DNA of 64,000 bases from Acidobacteriota bacterium (GTDB lineage: Bacteria; Acidobacteriota; UBA6911; RPQK01; JAJDTT01), in the NCBI GenBank assembly GCA_965263035.1, contig OZ253580.1, forward strand, positions 4,320,001 to 4,384,000, read 5' to 3'. This document shows positions 10,234 to 18,441 of this stretch, piece after piece. Each line of letters begins with the position of its first letter. Positions within the stretch are counted from its first letter, which is position 1. A model generated the notes under the pieces. That model did not search any database, was not told where the DNA came from, and was given only the letters and a program-made list of their open reading frames with translations. Made by a program: the position numbers and the translations under genes.

Positions 10234-10262
10234 TTGACAGTGGAGGCAACCGTTCCTACGCT
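10234..10262 (+). promoter_or_regulatory. Sigma70-type promoter, likely leaderless transcript
   Basis: TTGACA-17 bp-TACGCT ending 8 nt before ATG 10271; no SD sequence. Confidence 0.5.
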
Positions 10263-10270
10263 GGAATGCA

Positions 10271-10786
10271 ATGAAGGTCGCCGTCATTTCCGACACCCAC
10301 GACAATTGGCCCAATTTGGATCGAGCCTGCCGCTACCTGAACCGGCTGGGCGTCCGCCGGCTCCTGCACTGCGGGGACGTCTGTGCACCTCTGACTCTTC
10401 GGCGTCTGGCATCGTCGTTCCAGGGCCGGATCCACCTGGTCCTTGGGAACGTGGACGGGGATCCCTTCCTGATGGTCACCCGGACCACCGAATTCCCCCA
10501 TCTGAACCACCACGGCGCCGAACTGGGCGAGGTCGAAATCGAGGGCCGGAAGATCGCGTTGCAGCACTATCCCACCCTGGCCCGGGGTCTGGCCTTGACG
10601 GGGAAGTACGACGCCGTCTTCTTCGGCCATGACCACACTTGCCGACAGGAGGTTCTGGAGGCCGGGGGGCGGCGGGTGTTGCTGGCCAACCCGGGTCTGC
10701 TGGGGGACATGGGAAAATCGCCCAGCCTGGGACTCTACGAGACGGTGGACAACAGCTTTCGGATCCTGGGTCTGGACGAACTCTGA
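10271..10786 (+). CDS. Metallophosphoesterase (YfcE/MJ0936 family)
   Basis: SDTHDN, HCGD, GNVD, FGHDH, NPG motifs. Confidence 0.9.
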   Translation: MKVAVISDTHDNWPNLDRACRYLNRLGVRRLLHCGDVCAPLTLRRLASSFQGRIHLVLGNVDGDPFLMVTRTTEFPHLNHHGAELGEVEIEGRKIALQHYPTLARGLALTGKYDAVFFGHDHTCRQEVLEAGGRRVLLANPGLLGDMGKSPSLGLYETVDNSFRILGLDEL

Positions 10787-10789
10787 GAA

Positions 10790-11740
10790 CTACTTCAGCG
10801 TCGCCTGGAGTGCGCCTTCGTCCACCACACACCACTGGTACTGGTTCATGCGGCCGGCGCCGTCGGGCAGGGGCGGACTGAGGACGGTCCGGCCGAAGTC
10901 CAGGGGCGCGAAATCACCCTGGGCGGTCTCATCGGCCACCCGGAAGATGTTGTAGTCGGCGGCCGCCTCCACCTGGGCCAAGTGGATGAGGTCCCGCATG
11001 GCAAAACGGCGGACCACCGCGTTTCCGATGGCCGTGATCCCCACGGACCCCTGTTCTTCCAGCATGCGGCCGAGGCGGTTGAAGTCGGTGTGGCGATCGT
11101 AATAGGCGCCGGCGGCGCCCGGCTTCGGCTGATAGTCGAGCATGGACTGCCGGACGATGGAGCTGTCGGGGCGCCGGACCCGGACGTCGAGCGGTATGGC
11201 GTGGCGGTAGGGCACTTCGCAGAACCATTCGGCGAAGTGGTGGCTGGTGGAGGAGTGGTAGGTCATCCCCGCCAGCACGATCTGAGTGTCCAGCGCCAGC
11301 ATGACGCCGAAAGAGGAGCGCAGATCGAAGACGGACAGGGCGGGGTCTACCTGGGTGATGACCTCGGCCCTGGGCCCGATGGCCGAAAAGGAGTGGCGAA
11401 ACCCCGTGCTGCGGATCGCCCGGGGGTGTCGCCGCACCGTTTCGCTGATGATTCCCATCTCGGAGGGATCGTTCTCCGGGTCGATGAGGGGATCCTCCTC
11501 GGCTTCGTGGGCAAAGGTGAAGTTGGGCGCCACCAGCGTGCCCGACGGTCCCAGGAGCTCCAGGAAGGCCTTCACCACGGTTTCGGCCCCGCCCTGAATA
11601 TGACCGAAGGTTCGCATGGCCGAATGGACCAGGACCACGTTCCCCGGTCCCAATCCGATCCGGGCCAGACCCTGGCGAATCTCTTCCTGCGCCAATCCCT
11701 TCTGGTCGGTCTCCTGCTGTGGCACCATGAGCATCATCAT
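10790..11740 (-). CDS. AAC(3)/YokD family N-acetyltransferase
   Basis: LVHSAM..FG, GTLVAPNFT, MGIISE, HSFSAIG, TSHHFAE motifs. Confidence 0.85.
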   Translation of the reverse strand: MMMLMVPQQETDQKGLAQEEIRQGLARIGLGPGNVVLVHSAMRTFGHIQGGAETVVKAFLELLGPSGTLVAPNFTFAHEAEEDPLIDPENDPSEMGIISETVRRHPRAIRSTGFRHSFSAIGPRAEVITQVDPALSVFDLRSSFGVMLALDTQIVLAGMTYHSSTSHHFAEWFCEVPYRHAIPLDVRVRRPDSSIVRQSMLDYQPKPGAAGAYYDRHTDFNRLGRMLEEQGSVGITAIGNAVVRRFAMRDLIHLAQVEAAADYNIFRVADETAQGDFAPLDFGRTVLSPPLPDGAGRMNQYQWCVVDEGALQATLK

Positions 11741-11778
11741 AGTTCGCGATTTTCGGTGACGCCACCCGGGAGGAACGC

Positions 11779-13272
11779 ATGATCAGGAACACCTCGCAGA
11801 TGGGCCGCTCCAGCCACGGTTCCCACATTCTCGCGCTGCTTCTGCTGGGAATCGGCTCCGGTTGCGGGACTCTTCCCGAGCCTCCGTCCGCAACGGAGCC
11901 GCTGGTGCTGAACCGGCAGCAGGAGTTGCTGCTCGACGACGACCGGCTGGTCCGGAGCCGGCAGGGCCTGGAGTTGGTCCAGGCTCGGCTTGAAAAGCAT
12001 CCGGCCAATCCGCTCCTGGTCATCGACCGTCCCTGGGAGCGTCAGGGGATCCTCAATTACGTGGCCATCCTGCATGACGAGGAGGAGGGGCTCTACCGGA
12101 TGTGGTACCAGATCCTGGGCCGGACCGAGGAGGGGGTCAACCGCAGCCATTGCCTCTATGCCCAGTCCTCGGACGGAGTCCGGTGGGAAAAACCGGAGCT
12201 GGGCCTGGTGGACTTCCAGGGTTCGAAGGACAACAACATCCTGTTCCTGGATCCCAACGAGCGGCCGCGGGGAACGCCCGTCTACTGGGTGGTGAAGGAC
12301 TACGCCGAGGCGGACGCCGGCCGGCGGTACAAGATGATGCTCAATCGCTGGGATTTTCGGGGCCGGGGCGTGGGAATCGGCTATTCCGCCGACGGAATCC
12401 ACTGGGAATTCACGCCCTACGTCAACCGGTTGGGCGGGTTCGACACCCACAACCTCTTCTTCTGGGACGACCGGATCGGCCTCTACACCGGGTATTTTCG
12501 AACCCACGTCCGGGGTAAGCGGTCCATCGGACGGGCCACGAGCCCGGACGCCTTCCACTGGTCGGCGCCGGTCACGGTCCACACGCTCGACGAACGGGAT
12601 CCTCCGGAATGGCAGATCTATGGTCCCGGCATCTTCAAATACAGCCGGGCCCGGGACGTCTACGTCATGTACGGGGAGGGCTACGACTCGGAGGACGAGA
12701 TCTTCCGGGGACAGTTGGGCCTGAGCCGGGACGGAATCCACTGGAAGCGGTTCCGCGGCGGATACTTTGCCGACACCAGCACGGGAGCATGGGATGCCGG
12801 CTCGGTTCGGCCGATCCCCGCGGAGGCCGTGGTCGACGGCCGGATGGCCGTTTTCTACGCGGCCAGCGACCACTCCCTGCACGACTGGGAGGGGACGAGG
12901 GGAGTGGGGCTGGCGCTGTATCAGCAGGGGGCGTTCGCCGGTTGGAGGGCAGGGATCGAGGGGACATTGACCACCCGGCTCCTCCTGGCCAAGGACCGGG
13001 AGCCGGGACTGCTGCTGAACGCGGAAGCAGAAGGCGGCGAGATCCGGGCCGAGCTTCTGGACGCCCAGGGCCGGCCTATCCCGGGTTACTCACGCGAGAA
13101 CTGCCGGCCATTGACCGGCAACGGCCATCAACAGGAGGTGGTCTGGGAGGGGCGAGAGAACCTGACGCCGGTGGTGGCCCAGGGGGCCTTCAGCATCCGC
13201 CTGCATCTGAAGCAGGCCACGATCTATGGATTCCGCGTGATTCCTCCCCGAAGCGCCCGAGCGCTGTTTTGA
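11779..13272 (+). CDS. Putative lipoprotein, beta-propeller glycoside hydrolase-like (GH32/GH43-like)
   Basis: Lipobox-like GSGC; YRMWY, SSDGVRWEKP, SADGIHW, SRDGIHW Asp-box-like repeats; C-terminal GTLTT..LNA domain. Confidence 0.65.
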   Translation: MIRNTSQMGRSSHGSHILALLLLGIGSGCGTLPEPPSATEPLVLNRQQELLLDDDRLVRSRQGLELVQARLEKHPANPLLVIDRPWERQGILNYVAILHDEEEGLYRMWYQILGRTEEGVNRSHCLYAQSSDGVRWEKPELGLVDFQGSKDNNILFLDPNERPRGTPVYWVVKDYAEADAGRRYKMMLNRWDFRGRGVGIGYSADGIHWEFTPYVNRLGGFDTHNLFFWDDRIGLYTGYFRTHVRGKRSIGRATSPDAFHWSAPVTVHTLDERDPPEWQIYGPGIFKYSRARDVYVMYGEGYDSEDEIFRGQLGLSRDGIHWKRFRGGYFADTSTGAWDAGSVRPIPAEAVVDGRMAVFYAASDHSLHDWEGTRGVGLALYQQGAFAGWRAGIEGTLTTRLLLAKDREPGLLLNAEAEGGEIRAELLDAQGRPIPGYSRENCRPLTGNGHQQEVVWEGRENLTPVVAQGAFSIRLHLKQATIYGFRVIPPRSARALF

Positions 13273-13294
13273 GGAGCGGCGACAGGAGGGGGGA

Positions 13295-13394
13295 CTGGAG
13301 GGGCGGCTTTCTTGCCGCCCACTGGGACAGGCGACTTTCTTGTCGCCTGCTCTTTGCCGTTACTGAAGATTCGGCGGCAAGAAAACCGCCGCTC
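13295..13394. repeat. REP/REPIN-like hairpin cluster, the group II intron target
   Basis: GGAG-GGGCGGCtttcttGCCGCCC, CAGGCGACtttcttGTCGCCTG and TTCGGCGGcaagaaaaCCGCCGCTC; homologous to 3888-3995. Confidence 0.7.
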
Positions 13395-14024
13395 GTGCGC
13401 CCGACATGGGCTGTATCTAAGGGATGAAAGATCCCAAGGGAGGTGATGGGACCAACCCTAGCCGAACCGCAAGGCGTAGCCGCGAGGTGAAGCTGAAGGA
13501 AGCGGAAGGCAAACCCACGACCGCAGGAACACGAACCGGCAGCGAGGCCGGGTGCGGGCGGTGAGCTGGCGAGCAACAGCGAAACCCGAACCCCATCCAG
13601 ACGTACCAGGTAGAGCCGGGCGGCCCGGGGGGAAAGATGCAGCACCTTACTCGGGGAGATCTCAAGGGTGAGAGCCTTTGAGAAGTCAGCAGAGGTCATA
13701 GTAGCGAAGAAGCCGGATAATGCCGGTGGAGCGAAGGACCGAAGGAGTCGGACGGGCCCTATGGTGGACTCGTCAGCGGGATCGCAACTACCTCCGGAAA
13801 CGGGGCGGGGGGAGGCCCCTCGGACCCGGCACGGAAGGCCCAAGGGTGGAACCCGTCAAGCCGGAAGGGCGGAGATCAAGTCCCAGCGGCGGCGAAAACC
13901 GGAAAGAAAGGCCCTTTACGAGGCTCGAAAGAGCCTCGAGTGACTCCAACCGCCGGATACTGAAAACGGTACGTCCGGTGGTGTGGGAGGGTGCAGGGGC
14001 GCAATCCCCTGCACTCGACCCGAT
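13395..14024 (+). mobile_element. ORF-less class IIC group II intron (ribozyme)
   Basis: 5' GTGCGCCCGACATGG; AAGTCAGCAGAGGTCATAGTA and GAAGGACCGAA (D2/D3); D4 closed by GGAGTC/GACTCC (13744-13947) with no RT ORF; short D5 AACCGCCGGATAC...GTACGTCCGGTGGT with CGC triad; D6 with bulged A ending CCCGAT. Confidence 0.92.
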
Positions 14025-14054
14025 CATGCCATCGCTTTGCGAGGGGAGACCTCC

Positions 14055-15332
14055 TCACTCGACGATGGTTCCGACCACCACCTCGTCGGTGACGTTGTGG
14101 GGGCTGATGACCTCCCCGCCGCAGAGGTACAGCTTCTTTCCGACCAGGCTCAATTCCGCTGCCAGCCGGTAGACCCCCTTCGAGAGGTCGATGCCGGTGG
14201 CCTCCCGAATCTGCTGCTCCCGCTCGGGGTGGACCGGAAAGGGAAGGATTTTGGAGGGAAGGGTCCGGTAGGTTTTCTCCACCGTGTCGAAGACCAGGAC
14301 GTCGAAGTTGGGGGAACGCACCTCGGGGATCCGGTCCTTGTAACGATAGGGATGGTCCACCGGATAGTCCTTGATGCCGCCGGCCATGATGATGAACCGG
14401 TCCCGGTAGGCGACGGCTTCCATTCCGTGAACCGGAAAGGGCAGGTCCGGGAGTCTCCGCCAGCGCAAGGTCTTGAGATTGAGGACGTAGCCGTCCCCGC
14501 AATGGCGCAGATGACCCTCGAATCGTCCGTTCCTGGATTCGGCGTAGTTGACGTAGTCCCCGCCGAAGACGTAGATGTCGTCACCGACGGCGGTCGCGGC
14601 CGGAGACTCGCGGCCCATCCCGGGAAGTGGAGGTAGATCCCGCCATCCTGCGTCCGGTGCAGCCGTGTCGAAGGCTTCCACCGAGTTTACGTAGGCTCCG
14701 GGATGGTCGCCCATGAAGGGTTGGGCGCCGAACGTGGCCTGTCCACCGACCACCACGATGGTCGTGCCGCTGACGGCGGCGCCGGGCAGGAAACGGCCGA
14801 CTCGGAGGGACGGAAGTTCCTCCCACTGCTTCCGGTCCCCGGTTCCGGAAAGTCGGAACAATCGATTGCTGGTGTTGTCGTTCTGCTCTTCAGGCCAGAT
14901 CACCCAACCGGTAAAGACGTAAAAGTCCTCCCCCACCGTCGCGCCCTGAGGCCACTTGATGCCCACCGGCAACTCGGGCAACAAACCGTACTCCAAGGTC
15001 CGGGTGTCCAGGACCCAGCCCGAGACGTGCCTTCCCCGATCCCGGAGCTGCCACCCCTTGCCCGTGGAGCGCTGGCTCGACGGTTCCCAGCCGGGAAAGC
15101 CTGGCGACCCTGCAGCCAGGATCAGTTCCCCGATGGTCGCCTGGGCCTGTCCCTTGGTGGGCCAAGGCATGGGTGGTCCCATTTCCCAGGCGATGTCGCG
15201 GATCTCCGGCACCTGATCACCGCCTTCACCGCAGCCCGGGCAGAGGGCCAGCAACAGCAGAGGCAGGGTCAGGATCGCTCGGTGGCTACGGTCGGCTCCC
15301 GGTAGCCGTTCGGGGTGGTCCATGGAGCTCAT
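14055..15332 (-). CDS. Kelch-repeat beta-propeller lipoprotein
   Basis: YVFGG, VVVGG, IMAGG and W..LPDLP Kelch repeats; hydrophobic signal with CPGC; ATGA overlap with upstream paralog. Confidence 0.8.
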   Translation of the reverse strand: MSSMDHPERLPGADRSHRAILTLPLLLLALCPGCGEGGDQVPEIRDIAWEMGPPMPWPTKGQAQATIGELILAAGSPGFPGWEPSSQRSTGKGWQLRDRGRHVSGWVLDTRTLEYGLLPELPVGIKWPQGATVGEDFYVFTGWVIWPEEQNDNTSNRLFRLSGTGDRKQWEELPSLRVGRFLPGAAVSGTTIVVVGGQATFGAQPFMGDHPGAYVNSVEAFDTAAPDAGWRDLPPLPGMGRESPAATAVGDDIYVFGGDYVNYAESRNGRFEGHLRHCGDGYVLNLKTLRWRRLPDLPFPVHGMEAVAYRDRFIIMAGGIKDYPVDHPYRYKDRIPEVRSPNFDVLVFDTVEKTYRTLPSKILPFPVHPEREQQIREATGIDLSKGVYRLAAELSLVGKKLYLCGGEVISPHNVTDEVVVGTIVE

Positions 15333-16570
15333 TCCTCGATGATGGTCCCCACCAGGACCTCGTCGGTGACGTTGGCCGGGCTGATCACTTCGCCTCCGGC
15401 CAGGTATAACTTGCCCCGCACCAGGCTCAACTCCGCGGCCAGGCGGTAGACTCCCCGGGAGAAATCGATCCAGTCGACGTCCAGAGCCTTGTGCCTCATC
15501 TCGGGCGGGGGCCGGTAGGGAGGAATCCTCGTGGGCAGGATCCGATAGGCCTCCTCCTCGGCGTCGAAGACCAGCACCTCGAAGTTGGGAGCGGGCCGGT
15601 CGGGGATCCGATCCGCGTAAGCGTAGGGATGGTCCACGGGGTAGTCTCTCATCCCCCCGGCGATGATGACGTATCGGTCCCGGTGCACGGCCGCTTCCCA
15701 GCCGCCGGCGGGAAAGGGCAGGTCGGGAAGCCGCCGCCAGCGCAGGGAGCGAAGGTCCAGCACGTACGCGTCGCCGCCATGCCGGCGATGCGGGTGGTAA
15801 TCGCCGCCTGCTTCGGCGTAGTTGACGTAGAAGCCTCCGAACACGTACACCTTCTCGCCGATGGCGACTGCGGCCATGGACTCGCGGCTGAAGCCGGGTA
15901 TGGGAGGAAGCTCCCTCCACCTGCCGGAGGGGTCGGCCGTATCGAAGATCTCCACCGAGTTGATGTAGACGCCCGGATGGTCTCCGGTGAAAGGGGACGC
16001 TCCGTAGGAGGCTTGGCCGCCCAGGACGACGATCGAAGTTCCTGAGGACACCGCTGCCGCCAGGAAGCGTCCGATGATCAGGGAGGGCATCTCCTGCCAC
16101 CGCCATTCTCCCGACCTGCGGGAGAGCCGCAACACGCGATTTGTCGTGATGTCCAGCCGGTCCTGAGGCCAGCGAACGGTTCCCGTCAGCAGGTAGAAAT
16201 CGTTGCCCACCGACACGCCTTGAGGCCAACTCAGACCTACCGGGGCATTAGGCAGAATCTGGTAACGGTTGGAACGGGTGTCGAAGAGCCAGACGCTGTT
16301 GTGCCTGCCGCGTTCCCGGGTGTTCTCTCTGGGGTTCCATCCTGGATAGCCCGGCGCCCCCGCCGCCACGATCTTGTCGCCCAACACGGCCTGAGCCTGT
16401 CCCTTGGTGGGCCAGGGCAACGGTTTCCCGGGGGTCCAGGTGATGTCTCGGATCCCGGCGCCGGCGGCTTGAACCGGAAACCACAAGCACACCAGCCAGA
16501 CGACGGGTCTCCAGATTCTGCCCATCGGATGAAGAGCGTCGTGCAACCGTCCCTTCACCCGACCAACCAT
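15329..16570 (-). CDS. Kelch-repeat beta-propeller protein (paralog of downstream gene)
   Basis: Shares PWPTKGQAQA, GDHPG.Y.NSVE and GVYRLAAELSLV motifs; start uncertain (16570 or 16525). Confidence 0.78.
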   Translation of the reverse strand: MVGRVKGRLHDALHPMGRIWRPVVWLVCLWFPVQAAGAGIRDITWTPGKPLPWPTKGQAQAVLGDKIVAAGAPGYPGWNPRENTRERGRHNSVWLFDTRSNRYQILPNAPVGLSWPQGVSVGNDFYLLTGTVRWPQDRLDITTNRVLRLSRRSGEWRWQEMPSLIIGRFLAAAVSSGTSIVVLGGQASYGASPFTGDHPGVYINSVEIFDTADPSGRWRELPPIPGFSRESMAAVAIGEKVYVFGGFYVNYAEAGGDYHPHRRHGGDAYVLDLRSLRWRRLPDLPFPAGGWEAAVHRDRYVIIAGGMRDYPVDHPYAYADRIPDRPAPNFEVLVFDAEEEAYRILPTRIPPYRPPPEMRHKALDVDWIDFSRGVYRLAAELSLVRGKLYLAGGEVISPANVTDEVLVGTIIEE

Positions 16571-16734
16571 AACCGGATCCACTCCTTCGGATGTCCTGAA
16601 TAGTTCCAAGAACAAGCGGGAGGCCGATTGTAACAGCCGGGAGCAGAAGTGAGAAACAAGGAGTGAGGATGGAATGGGGACAGTCGGATCTGACTCCTCG
16701 ACCGCCCGAGATTCGCAATCCTGAAGGTCCGCTG

Positions 16735-16743
16735 TGTTATAAT
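16735..16743 (+). promoter_or_regulatory. Extended -10 promoter element
   Basis: TGtTATAAT about 33 nt upstream of the GWxTD gene. Confidence 0.5.
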
Positions 16744-16775
16744 TTCGCTTATTTCCAGTAACCGGGCAGGGGACT

Positions 16776-18431
16776 ATGCGACTCCTTTTTTCACTATTCA
16801 AGACTCTGTGTATCGCTTTCCTGCTGGTGGCGATTTCTCCCGCACCCGTATTGGGATCGAAAGACAAGAAAACCAAGGAGGAGCGGAAACGGGAAAAGGA
16901 AGCCAAGAAACGCGACCAGCGCCGGCAGGTGGAGGAGGAGCAGGACTACTACAAGAATTGGTTGGTAGAGGACGTGGTCTACATCATCACGGACGAAGAG
17001 CGAAACGTCTTCAGCAACCTGACCGCCGACGCCGAACGGGACGCCTTCATCGAGCAGTTCTGGCGCCGCCGGGACCCGGACCCGCGGTCCGCCATCAACG
17101 AATTCAAAGAGGAGCACTACCGCCGGATCGCCTATGCCAACGACCACTTCTACTCGGGCGTCGAAGGCTGGTACTCGGATCGCGGCCGCATCTACATCAC
17201 CTACGGTCCCCCCAGTCAGAAGGAGAATCACCAAGGCGGCCTCTACCAGCGGAGAGTGCTGGACGAAGGGGGCGGCTGGACCAGCGTCTATGCCTTCGAG
17301 CGCTGGTTCTACAACTACATCCCGGGAGTGGGCAGCGGAATCGAGATCGAGTTCGTCGACGCCAGCAAGACGGGCGAGTACAAGATCGCGCTGAGGCCTT
17401 CCGAGAAGGACGCCCTTTGGCAAGTGGGATCCAGCCCGACCGTCAACGAGATGTTCGGATCGGCCGACCGCTCGGGAACCATGCTGGCGGATCTGGCCAT
17501 GCGCAACGTCGGGCTCAACGATGGGTCCTTCATGCGGGGAGCGCAGTCGTTCGACAGGGTGCGCAACTACTTCCTCCTCAACAAGCCTCCCAAGGTGGAG
17601 TTCGAGCATCTTCGGGGCGACGTGGAAACGCGTCTCCTGTACAACCCCATGCCCCTGGAAATGGTCCTCGGGAACTATCGGGTGGGTGAGGACGCCTTTC
17701 TGGTCCCCCTCACCATCCGGGTGCCGGCCCACGAACTGACTTACGACGCCGATCTTAAGAATGTGAGCCGGGCGACCATCCAGGTCTATGGCAAGGCCCA
17801 GAGCCTCACGGGCAGGGTGGTCTACGAGTTCGAGGATCTGATCGCCGCCGACACCTCCAAGGCGAATGGTTTGAAGGCAGGCACCAACTTTCTTTACCAG
17901 AAACAGCTGCCCCTCAGGCCCGGCAGATACAAGCTGACCGTGATTCTGCAGGAGGAATCGAGCAAGCGGGTCGCCACCGAAGTGGCTTCGGTCCAGCTGT
18001 CCAAGAACAAGCTGGGAACCCTCACCAGCAGTAACCTGGTGGTGGCCGACGGATTCGCCTCTTCCGCTCCGGAGCAGACGCTCTCCGACCCATTCATGAC
18101 GCCCAGCGGGATCAAGGTCTATCCCAACGTCACCCAGGTGTTCTCTCCCGGGGCCTTCCTCAGCCTCTATTCGGAAGCCTATGAAGTGGCTCTGGACCAG
18201 GCGACGCGCCAACCGGCACTGGACGCCGAATTCGTGATCATGAAGGGTCGCGAACCCGTTCGGGCGGAGGAACCCAGACTGCTGCAGATGGAGGATCGGG
18301 TGGTTGTGATGCATACCATGCCCCTGAAGGGGGTGGAGCCGGGGCGCTACCAGGTCACGCTGCAGCTCCGGGACCGGATCAGTGGCCAGGAGGCCTCCAA
18401 GCGCGCCAACTTCGAGATCCGGGGCGATTGA
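16776..18431 (+). CDS. GWxTD domain-containing protein
   Basis: WLVEDVVYIITDEER, FIEQFWRRRDP, EEHYRRIAYAN, GWYSDRGRIYITYGPP. Confidence 0.92.
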   Translation: MRLLFSLFKTLCIAFLLVAISPAPVLGSKDKKTKEERKREKEAKKRDQRRQVEEEQDYYKNWLVEDVVYIITDEERNVFSNLTADAERDAFIEQFWRRRDPDPRSAINEFKEEHYRRIAYANDHFYSGVEGWYSDRGRIYITYGPPSQKENHQGGLYQRRVLDEGGGWTSVYAFERWFYNYIPGVGSGIEIEFVDASKTGEYKIALRPSEKDALWQVGSSPTVNEMFGSADRSGTMLADLAMRNVGLNDGSFMRGAQSFDRVRNYFLLNKPPKVEFEHLRGDVETRLLYNPMPLEMVLGNYRVGEDAFLVPLTIRVPAHELTYDADLKNVSRATIQVYGKAQSLTGRVVYEFEDLIAADTSKANGLKAGTNFLYQKQLPLRPGRYKLTVILQEESSKRVATEVASVQLSKNKLGTLTSSNLVVADGFASSAPEQTLSDPFMTPSGIKVYPNVTQVFSPGAFLSLYSEAYEVALDQATRQPALDAEFVIMKGREPVRAEEPRLLQMEDRVVVMHTMPLKGVEPGRYQVTLQLRDRISGQEASKRANFEIRGD

Positions 18432-18441
18432 GAGATCCGGT

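Noticed and set aside
10790-11740. Acquired aminoglycoside resistance gene
   Set aside because: Divergent chromosomal AAC(3)/YokD-family homolog with host-like composition and no integron or IS context; resistance cannot be claimed
13190-14172. ORFs overlapping the intron (13190-13843 minus, 13668-13943 plus, 13720-14172 plus)
   Set aside because: No RT (YADD) or maturase motifs; they are chance translations of ribozyme RNA
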